From Haliotis cracherodii (lineage: Eukaryota): a DNA stretch of 64,000 nt. Position numbers and translations under genes: made by a program. The stretch covers positions 59,830,001-59,894,000 of the forward strand of contig NW_027266286.1 of NCBI RefSeq assembly GCF_022045235.1, in the 5' to 3' direction. Numbering within the stretch: the stretch's first letter is position 1; the number at the start of each line of letters is the position of its first letter. The notes beneath the pieces are model-generated. The model saw only the letters and a list, made by a program, of their open reading frames with translations. It had not been told where the DNA came from and ran no database searches. Below, piece after piece: positions 28,501 to 40,500 of this stretch.

Positions 28501-31500
28501 GGTAATCATAATCCCTGGATATAAAACAATGCCTAGCTGAAAAAAAAATACAATTTAAACGGTAAATCAACATATCTGGTGATTTTTTTTTCTCAAATTT
28601 CGAATTTGTACTGATGAAGTTTCTCATCACCCGTTAGTTTGCCGGACTTCACTGAAGGGGTAGATCTACGGTGTAATGTTTTTCTGCGCATAATATTCAA
28701 ATTTCTTTTTTTCCAAAATATTGAACCCGCTAGAGGGTGCGCATTATACATGGGTGCGCACTATACTCAAGAAAATATGGTACATATTGTGTGTGTGTTC
28801 CTACCTCTTACAGTCTCAGTCAGCGTCTGTGTTCATGTTTCAGGGTGCTGTACTGCGCCAGGAAGCGGCAGACATCATATTTCGTGTGTTCCTACCTCTT
28901 ACAGTCTCAGTCAGCATCTGTGTTCATGTTTCAGGGTGTTGTACTGCGCCAGGAAGCAGCAGACGTCTGACGAGTTGCCGCTCATGTCACTCATCTACAA
29001 AGTCAGCAGCGATGGCAACCAGAAAGGTGAGATGGCACAAGTAGAGTCTGGGTGGAGAACAGGATTTTCTGTGACAACCACCAAATTGGTGAAGTGGGTA
29101 TAATATCCTAGGCCCCTTTCCACAAAGTGATCTTAGCGTTAATACGATTCTAACTTACATTCTTTTGCATTGTCTTAGGATAGTAATAGCGGAACTAGGC
29201 TCTTAGCTACAATGAGTAACCTGCAGTGCGAAATTAGCCTACAGTAGGTCAACTATAAACAAGTATTGATTTTAATTGTTCAAAATAATTTTACAGATTG
29301 AAAAATATCATTTGAGCCAGAGTTAGTACCTCAGTGTTTGTATTACTACTTTTGAGGCAGAATTAAAATGCAGGATGTTTTACTGTTGTGTAGTGGTGTA
29401 AGAAAACATGAAACATCTTTCTAACCTTTACTCAGGTAACTCTAAGCTGAAACAGGGAAAATATTAGTCACACATTTGTATCCCCAACTGAAGTTTTTCT
29501 CAAGTAGTCACTATTCAAGTTCTGTCCAAATGTATGACCATACACAACATTTGGTGTAACCTGGTGTTACCGACCTTGACCTCTGACCTACGTGAAATCT
29601 TACAAGAGAAAAGCACAAATATGAAAGATTAATGTATCTATTCAATTTGGAAATTGGAAATAGGCACAATGTGAATCAACCTCTTTCTAACATCCTGCTT
29701 CTGTGTTACCAGCGGACCTGATGGTGGAGAAGTTGCGTCTGAACGTGTCGGTGCCGTATGCCGTGGTGCTCTACTCCTTCTTCCAGGCCTCCTTCCAAAC
29801 AATCGGGGACACCAACAACTACTCCATGGAGGCCTCCACAACCTTCACCCCTCCGGTCCAATCAGCTCCCACCACCACGCTAAGTGTGTACGGGTCACTC
29901 AAACAGCCGGAGATTGTCCTGTATGCTGACCCCAACAACTACGACAGCAGGGTCATCGTGCTCTATGTGAGTGGAAACTCATGTACTATGCGTTACATGT
30001 ATCAATAGCTGGGAATAAAGGATGTTATGAGTCAGGTGTCCATGAACATTCAGCTGAAAACATCATATACCCGCTGCTTTTGACACTTGTAACAAACTTT
30101 TCTCTACGATTTCACAAGTTACTGTGAATTATTTGGTAAAACATTTGTGTGTGACAGTAGGATCTCTATATGCCTGCCATCAGATTCTCAACTTGGTAAT
30201 TTGAAGTGCAAATAGAGTCAATTTTGATGTGACATGCCAGTGACTTCACATCAAACGGTATGATGTCCCCCAAGGCCATTCGGCTGCCTTGGGTTTTTAC
30301 AGCAACTGGCCAATCAGATAGCAAGAGTCTTTAAGAGTAATGAGTATAATAAGAGTATATACAAATATTGTGTATTATGTTCAAATATGCACCTGAGTGA
30401 AACAAACACCAGTGATGTATGCAGCCCTGAGGCCCATGTTACCCATCAAAATCGAATATGTTATGAACTTTATATGTAATTTGCAATTAAAATTTTTCAA
30501 GAAAAAATGCTTTTGGTCATATGATTGTTGAGTAATTTCTGTGAATGTATCTGTTAGGCGGACGTGGCGTTTGAGTACCGGACAGACCAGGAGAAGCAGG
30601 TGTTCTGGTCCCGTGTGTCCAACCTGCAGATGGCGTCCTGCATCCGGACCTGGGACTCCTCCAGCAAGAGTGTGGTATGTGTCTCAAGCAATTACTGTGG
30701 AACCCTGGGAAACATGAATACTCAAGCCTATAAATAATCCCATTATCAAAGCTTGAGGCTAAATAATAGGTCATAAATAAATCTTTTTGTATGTAATGGG
30801 CTATGAGATACCCCAAATTAATCTAACAGTGAGATATATCTCCCATTTCTGCACTTTTTTTCTTGAGTGTTGAATCATTACACCTTTCTGGTTGTGGGTT
30901 TTTGGGTTTGAATTCTCCTCAGGGAGCTGAGAATGCACTTGAAAGGCACACTGATATGTTGCCTTGGTGATAACATATCCTATAACCATGGTAACCATGT
31001 CTACCTGCAGCTTCTGGCTCCCTGCTCGCTGGAGTTCACGCAGAAATTCCTGTATGACCAGAGCATGACCGAGATGACTGTGGACGTGACCAAGGTGAAC
31101 GTGTATCTGTCGGCCACTGTCCTACAGCTTCTGTATGACATCTACCAGAAGATCCAGCTGCCACAGACACAGGTACATGCAACATCTCTTGAATGGGTGG
31201 ATTGTGGGTGGATGGATTTTGAGTGGAGAGATTTGATTAAAATAAGCTACCAACAACCCATTGTCGTCGCAAGGCAAACTAAAAGGAGGATTGTGAAGGG
31301 GGTGGAGAATGTCTGGCCTAAAATTTTATTTATTTCACAAGGGGAGCAGTTGTTAAAAGCCTTGCCTGATAAAAAGATTCTCTACAGTTGATAGAAAGAG
31401 TAGACTATGCTTGTCGTAAAAGGTGACTAACGGAATCAGGTGTCAGACTAGCTGACTTGGTTGATGCATGTAATCAATCCCAATTGCGTGGATCAATGCT

Positions 31501-34500
31501 CATGATATCAATCTTGGATTGTCTGGTCAAGACTCGATTATTTACAGACCGCTGTCATATAGCTGGAATATTGCTGAGTGCGGCGTAAAACAAAGAAAGC
31601 AACATGCAGTTCAATATGTAATTATCTGTGTTCCAGACGGACAGCGCCAAGCCAGAGGCAGAGACCAATGACGTGAAGGGCTTGTGGAAGGTTAAGGCTG
31701 TGAAGGCCCAGAGATGGCTGCAGGACAGAGGTAAGCTCAGTCGGAGACATTAGCCACTAGACCGAAGCCTGAGTCTAGTAAAATATCTTTAGGTCTAGTA
31801 AGCTTTTGTTGTAAAGTCCATACATTAACACTGAGATCTACTCAAAATGATTGGAGTGACAGGTTCAGGATAGTAGATTCAAAAGTTTTTGGCACAGACT
31901 GTAGCTCAGTCGTAGAATCATTCAGCTTTTCTAGACACATTTTGGTCATAATAAAGCTTTTGTACCCAATACTTGCCACATAGGTCATGATGCAAATAAG
32001 AAGATTGGATGGCTGTAAATGCTACTGATGACCCCTGGGATTGTTTACTGTGTACTGAGGAAGATCACCTCACAGTTGTGTACTGTTTCAATTGTGTCAT
32101 CATTTTGTCTGATTATTGAAAGAACCATTTATATCATATATTGTTTTGTACTTAAGTTATTGGTCATTGATCATGGGAGATTTTTTGTGCTTTGTTGGTG
32201 TGCAATGGTTTAGATTTTACTCTATGGTGGTTGTGTCTACTGTTTGTGTGTATGTTTTAGAATTACTGATAATTTTCTATATCATCTCAAACTGGTTCCC
32301 ACAGTAGATATCGCTTGGGTGAGATCAGGCGAGATCTCTACATTGTATGTATTGCGGCAATGAAATTGCATCACAATGCTTTGCAGACCATTGTCACATC
32401 ATTGGTTACCATGACGTCACGAACAAATGACATCACTAATGGCTCTGCTACTGAAGCTGTCAGCAGTACATTTTACACTAAAGACACTGCTTATTACAGT
32501 CTACAAACTGAAAAAGTTGGAAGAATAATGTTGAATGATAAATACAAGCTCATCCAAATGTCTTTTGATATCAAATATATCATCACGAGTTGATAAAAAG
32601 TGGAAAAAGTTCTCGGCAAGCCTTTGAATTTTTCCACTTTTATCAACTTGTGTTGATATATTTGATATCAAAAGACACTCGGGTGAGATTCTCTATTTTT
32701 TAACATATTATTAATTGGTGCTTTAATTTGTAACTGGAATTTTTGAATGCTACTGAAGTAATGTAATTGCAACACTTTCGCCTCATCTGTTTACAGAGGA
32801 TTATGCTGGCATAGCGTCTACTCTGCAACCACCAGAGACTCCAAAAGAAGTGATCAAGGTGAAGGTTGAGGAGATTAACGCCATGTTTGAGGTGGAGAAC
32901 CTCGACCAGCATGTGCCCATGTTGAGTGTGAGGACGTCGCTGGAGGGGAAGGTGGTTGACAGACTCACCAAGGTGAGCAGACGACATCTGCTGCATTGTT
33001 GTGTCCAAAGTAAGCAGACGGCACTACTGTTGTTTTGTGTCCAAAGTAAGTAGACGACACCTGCTGTTGTGTTGTGTTCAAGGTGAGGAGATGACAACTG
33101 CACAAAGGTCTGTCATTGTAGGGGTTCTTGTTAATACTAGGGCTGGGATGAGTCCAAATTTACTACCCGGGTACGCACCCCTCTATTACCTGACCCTACC
33201 CGGGTACCCACTGTAGGTCTCAGGAGATGTCTCAAAATGTCTGATTGGGAAAATTTTTAGCATAACCGTGGCAAAACGTATTTAGATACATGTATTAAAC
33301 AATCTGGTCATTCATACACTGAAGTTGAATAAGTTAAATCTTTATTCAACCGTATGAAAAATGAGAAGGAATGGCTGCACAGTCAGAAAGAAATTCGAAC
33401 ATTAGTGACTTGTAGTGTAACCATAGTGTTCAAGATAATTTTTGTCATTAAACAATAGATCACGTGACTAACCACGGGTTCGGGTAGTCCTGTGGGTACC
33501 CAGGTCCTACTCAGTACCCAACCGACCCGGGTACCCAAGTTACCCGTCCCAGCCCTAGTTAATACTGGTGCTTAGTTCTAATAACATGCCATAGTGAAAG
33601 CAGACTGACACTGCTATTTAATCAAGAACATTTTATCTTGTTTCTGCCAAAGTGCATTGCCTTGCAGTGAACACATTTAAGTTAAAATTCTATATGAACA
33701 TGTTGGATGCTTTTGCTCACAAACACAAATTCTGGGTTCAGTGCTTGAAGTTTCAAGGTTCATTAAATCTTTTTAATTTTCAAATTCCATCTGAACCAAT
33801 GCTGAAATTTCATAACATTGGCAAATCCATGTGTAAGTCTCCATCAAGGTCTGTATATATATAAACACGCTGAATGTGAAGCAAACATAAGCCTAGTTAG
33901 TTACAACATAGTTAATTGGCGATTAAATTACTCACCATTGTCTCTTATATGTTATTACTTAATAAATTAATTTTATTTTACAGGCACCAATTTGGTGTCG
34001 TACCGTGTAAACACAAAATGGCAATATGTGCGAACAATCATCGTAGAAAAAACAACGCAAGATAAACATGATTTTATTGCATATATAAGGTTTGTGTGCG
34101 CACTTGTGATGTGCTTTATTCCAGGTCGCCTTATACAGGGAGTATAGGATTTAGGGTTGATTTTGAAGGTGTGTTCAGGGGGGTCGTCTTATACACAGTG
34201 ATATACGGTACTCCCTGTGATTAATGTTTGTATCATACGAGGATTGTACCTGCAGTGAAATTTGTGCCACTTCCAGTTTCATGTGGAGGCAGAGTTCCAC
34301 CTGGAGGTGTACTTCTTCAACGAGCGGCTGAGTGTGTGGGAGCCATTGGTGGAGCCAGTGTGTGAGAAGGAGGGACTCTACAGACCATGGGAAGTCCTCA
34401 TCAAGGTAGGGAGTTACGAGGTTTATTCCCCATCCAGTGCGGGATGTTATTGTCTTCCCATCCACGTATTGAACCAAGATTCTTACCAGAAATGGAATAT

Positions 34501-37500
34501 TATTTTGTTGATGCTTCATCATTGTAGTTATGTTGATAATACATACCGGTACTTGCATAGTTCATTGTTGACTTTCCAGATTATCAAGGCTAAAGGCTAT
34601 CCAATGGCGTGTACATATGAGGACAGTGACCTTGACATTCCGGACTGTCTCCAGAACGAGGTTCAGAATATGATGCACCGCTCTCGGGTGAAGTCCAGCA
34701 GCTCTGAGACAGACACAGATTCATCAACGGACATGACTATCATACGTCACCGATCTCTGAGACGAATCCGACATGGTAGTGACCGCAGCTATGGTAGATT
34801 TCATTTGCCTGGCTATATTCTACTAACATCTTTCCCTGATGCTGTCTGTATGATTAAACTGCTGTTTAGATCTGAAACATTTTTATCATTATGCTAATCA
34901 GATGTCTGTTAATTGCATGACATATTTAACTTCATTTCTCAAAACCTTCATTATTGCCACCCAGTACTGACATTTTCTAACCTTGGAATACTAATGATAC
35001 AAGAGCAAGCTGTCTCATGTTTGGCTTAAAACTATAATAGAATCATTTTGATAACAGGCTAAAAAATACAGAAGGTGATTCTCAGGCCAGGATTTCTCTC
35101 AAATTTGAGCTGAATATGCCATTGTTTGCCCGTTTCCATGAAAGATATGATATTGTGTAGTGCAATATGCTGACAGCCATTAGAACGATGGTCAATGATG
35201 GCTGTTTACTGCCAGCACAAAGAAATGCAAATGTATTATGTCATAACCACCTTTTTTAAGATGTTGAGATAAGGGAAAGCAGATAATGGTGTTGATCTGT
35301 ATTTGAATATAACCATCTATTGGATATGAAGGTTGAATAATATGAAGTCTACATTAATCACAGCAAGTTCCAGTGTGAGTCACATGATTGAGTTGATATC
35401 TGCTCATAAACCAGATGGCATGTGCTTTGGTTAGTGTGCCGATGTCAGAGCTGTCATTGGGACTGTATGTAGAAACAACATGTTTTCATCCAACTACGCA
35501 AAAGACGTTAAAGACCACTCGATTCTTTCATATTACTATAGATATTCTGTCATGGGTTGAGGACCACCCAATTCTTTCATATAACTTCAGTTAGTCTGTC
35601 ATCATGACACACTGACAGGCTAACTATAGTATTATGAAAAAATCTTGTGGCCCTTAGCTCCTTTGAGTAATTTGGTTGTAATTTTAAGCCCCTCGTCTTG
35701 AGAATCGAGAAACAATGTGACTAGCCTTGTAATTTAATACAAAGAGAATTTTGATCATCCTTGACTTTCAAGTGATCAATATTGTCTACAGACCACTCTT
35801 CCCCGTGTGAAAACAAGGCATAGTATTCAACTCTGATGTACTTGTTGATAAGTGGAAGACAGTAGGAGAGGTAGAACGTTGACATTAGATGTTCTCTCGA
35901 TATATGTGGGTGGCTGGGTATTGCTAGTTTGCTGTTCACAGTTACACAGGATGCTTAGAATTTCTAGGTTCCCCAATTATGCTCCTTTCTCTGTTCATCA
36001 TTTTAGTAACTGTCTAGGATTTACATCAATTTGGGCATTTCCCACATATTGAAGGTGACAATTGCTCCCTGATATAACAGAAATGTTTAAAAGTGGTGTC
36101 AAAGCCAACTGACTCTGCCACTCTCACCCTTTTTGTAGATCTCATTTGACGCTTTTCTTGTTGTTGGAATATGGGAAGTGGGAGACATGACATTGCATTG
36201 TTGTTGCTATGGTGATGGAAACACTTCATGCATGATCATTGACATACCAAGTTTCATTAAATCGTATCGGCTTGAACAGCAAGAGGCTACAGTATTTGTG
36301 TACCCGACACTTTGTTTCAGAGTCTTTAAGTCACCATAGTAGTATACAAGGGGAGTCGGATTCGGAGCCTGAAGGCTTCATCCATAATATAACCAACAAG
36401 CTTGGAAGCATCTTCAGCAGCGATAGTAGCGATGCTGACATCAGCGAGGCGGAGGAAGCAGATGACCTGTTTGACCCATCTCTAGATAAACCCGTGTTTA
36501 TAACGTCTCGAGGACCGGTGCACGTGTCCACCGGTTAGCAGCTGATTTGTTGTGACCTGTAGTTCAATGTGCATCATTGTTTCACACTCCGTGCCTGCGC
36601 TCTGCACTAAACATATTAATCATCTGTTTTATTGGCTGTTCCATATTCTAATGAAATATGTCCGTTTTAGTTAAGTTTTTATAATGACTTTTTATGATTT
36701 ATTCAATATTCATAAATAAAGTGGATAGTTATTGTGTCTTTGTATTGCTATTTTTAGATAAGACAGTGTGTCTGTGAAGTCTTTATTTAGAAGTTGGTAG
36801 AACATTAGGATCTGACACCTTTTTATGGGTAACAACTTCTGTATTCTTTGTAATAGATCATGTTTCAGGGCAAATTCTTGCCCTTCATCAGGTGAATACT
36901 GAGTAAGTGTATTGCAGCGTATCTCAAAAACATTTTGAGGCTGCTAGCCCGAATGTGGCTCTTAGCATCATTTTCAGTTGATTTAGCAATATTAAATAGA
37001 TTATTATTTCTGAGCTAAAAAAACTGAACAGAATTTTACTAGACTCAGTCTCCGGACTAGTGGCTAAAGTCGCAGACTGATATTGAGGTAATATATATAC
37101 ATGCAGATGTTGACACAAGGTAGGACTAATCACAGGAGTCCGTATCTAAAAATAGACGCCCTCATGCATATTCATGACCATCTCCACACGCGAGCCCGAA
37201 GGAGATGGTCAGAATATGCATGAGGGCATCTATTTTTAGATACGGACTCCTGTGGACTAATGTACAAAGATAACAATATAGGCAGGTAGCCAGTGGGATG
37301 AACTGGAGAGAAGCCCATTAAACAATGAGGGTGTGGTGATGGGTGTGGTAACAAGGAGCAGACCATGGAGCTTACAAAGAATAAAGACATTGGTATCCAT
37401 AAAACATGTCAGATATTCTGTGTGACTGTGGTTTTATTTTTCAGTGTTGTTATTCTGTACAGTTCGTCACCAATGTTACCATTCACTTGAATGATATGTG

Positions 37501-40500
37501 CTTGGTACCTACGTGCTTCTCCTTGCGTGCGTTCATGGGACTTTGTTTTTTTGCTTGAAGTTGCTTCTTGGTACTAAGAGCAGGTGTTGCTGGTGGCTTG
37601 CGTCTAGATGCATTTTACAGAGATTTTGCCAGGGCATGTGATTGCTGGATTCAGGATATTTACTTACAATCACTCATTATAAAATGACCTGTGCGTGAAA
37701 AATTGCTCAGAAAATAATCAAACCCTCACTCGAAATATCAAAGCGCGCAGTATTTTTTATCAATTGAAACTATCATTACTTGTAAATAAATTTCAAAGTA
37801 GTCGGTCACTAATAAGGTAATCGCGAAGTCTAGCATGATGTAAACACAGTCTGTCATACTCACGACTTATGTTTACTACGAAAACAAAAGTAAATGAATT
37901 CCAGGAAATCCCTGCGATATAAATTTGCAAGCGTCGATCACTGCAGTCATTGTCTTTCATTGAGATTTCATGCAGATGGACTGTGTGTGAAAAACACATC
38001 TTTGATCTTAGCCATGACTTTCATACACTCCCCCCATGTTAAAAGGAAATCCCCATTTCTGGAACTGAAGAGGGGACCCCCCCCCCCCTCATTTATATAT
38101 TTCTGGCAGAATCTCCAATTTAAGCATCATTTTTGTGTTGTTAGTAGATTGTTAGTAGATGTTTGCATTTATTTGTTGTATTTTACGATACATTTAATTA
38201 TAATATTTTGAAGAAAACACAGAATTATAATTGTAATACACACTTAATGAATTGGTCATTTATTTTTGGAGGGAAAAAATTACCAGGCATGTAGGTTATG
38301 AAAAGGAACTTTAAGAAAACAATCTTTGGGTAAGGTTTGAATAGGATATCAGCTTTAGGTGTTTGATTGGTGTTTTGAAGTTGGTCATTCATGGAGACAT
38401 CCTACAAAGGTATCCTACTCAAGACAAGTTAAAGAACACCCAATTTTTTAAATGACTATAGTTAATCTTTTATGTCATGAATACCACGACAAATACATGT
38501 AAACTGTAGTCATGTGAAAACATTGAATGTTCTGTAACTTGTTTTGTGTAGTTGACATGGGTTCCAGATTCTGTATGTTCACAAACTAGAAAAGTACAGA
38601 AGTTGACATCTATACAGTGTCTTTAAGATATCAATGATATTAATAATTTCTCCTAAATACAAAATGTGACTGCAGTTTATCCACATCATAAATGGCGATT
38701 TTTGAAAATATTCCAAGCAATAATATGTGAAAAATTCCATAGTTACAATTACCCTCGGAAATCTTTTTTTTCCAGACAAAAGAAACAATGAATATCAAAA
38801 GTATTGTATCGGGATACAAATCATTCCACACCCATTGTATCAGGATACTTATTGTATTGCTATTGCAACCCCTCCACATTGTTACACCTCTGTTGTACAG
38901 CAGGTTCTCTCTCAAACCTTTCGGTTAAAGTTGAAAGTATGTAACATCTGCCGATGTTGCAGGTGTGCATGGGTTTGACGAGCCGGACACTGTGATGATG
39001 GAGGAGGACGATGACACGCCCACGTGTGTGTATCTGATGGTGGACTCTGAGGACAGGCTGCGCCTCAACATCACACCACAGGCCATCAGCATCCTTAGAG
39101 ATGTTCTACAGGTAGTGAGAGACAATGCATTCACTATACTTCATTTCAGTGAGCTATCCTTGAAGGAGTGAGTAAGTATTCAGGACTCAAAGTTGCGACT
39201 AAAACGGTCGCGAATTCGACCTAAATTTCAATTTGTCTACTGTCTAAAATTCAGAGGTAGCCAAATGCCTACCTTGAAAATATCTTGTGGCAACTAAATT
39301 CTATTGCTTCACATTTGAAAACACAAAAATAAATAACAGCTAAATGTGGAAAACATGTCTGCTAATAATTGTACTTGCGTATAAGTTAATCTGCTAAAGT
39401 TGACAATGAACAGAAATACATAAACATTAATGTAATTAGTATCTTATTTCAGTTGCCAATACTCATTGGGTATGCAAGCATATGCCTAAATAATCTAGTA
39501 GCATAAATTGCATCATTGTTTTGAGTCACAAATAAAAGAAATCAAGTACAGTTTCCACTAATATACAATTCCAAGACGAATGCTATGACTTATACATATT
39601 TTAACAGTTATTTGTTAAAAGATAATTCCAAATGCTTTTGGCTACCGACAATATTGGCTTGATTTCTTGATTTTACCGCTGGCTACCTGGAAAAAAATAC
39701 CTGTAGCCATATTGCTACTTGGTAAAAATTTAAACTTTGAGGCCTCAGTATGGTTTTATGCCGCTTTAAGCAATATCCATCACTATCACGGAGGGGGACA
39801 CCAGAATTAAGCTCATTGTACCCATGTGGTGAATCAAACCCAGGCCTTCAGAATGAAAAGTGAAGGGGCTACCACATCGCCCCTATCCTTGATGGAGCAT
39901 TATGATGAAAGCCTTGTAGTCTGAATTCCAAAATGTATCACAAACCCTTTCTTAATACATTATAACTGATAGAGTATTCTTGAAGGTTTTGGTGGTACTG
40001 AAAGCTCATGCATCTTATTCAAATTGAAAACAGAAAGTGTTAAAACATCTTATCAGTTTTAGAGAATCGTGGAAGGCAGTTTTGTTAATCACTGCCATTT
40101 TCATGCTCTGTTTCAGGCTTTAAGTGCCCCATCTGCATCAGATCTGTCCTCGGTGAGGACTCTCCCAGCCTTCGAGCTGGACAACAAGGTAATGCCTCCA
40201 TTATGAACTACCCTCAGGTTCCAGGTAGATTAGCCCCCTGTGATTCATGCTGACTTAGTCTGAGAGCTGACTAATAAGGAATGGTGGTTACACAGTTATA
40301 TCCTCCCCATGGAATATAAATGCCATATTATGTGATAACTGTACTTCATGAATGTCATTGTAGTAAACGTACTTTGTGAATGTTTTCAGATTGGCGTCGG
40401 CTGTTACATCACTCTACATCCGGATGTCAAGGTGGGCGAGCACTATAATTGTTCAGTCAAATGTAAAATACCCCAGAAAGTGCATTAACCCACAATCATC

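Noticed and set aside
27663-28780. Autonomous transposase in the 1.1-kb TIR elements
   Set aside because: Only short non-conserved ORFs in both copies; no DDE/D motif visible.
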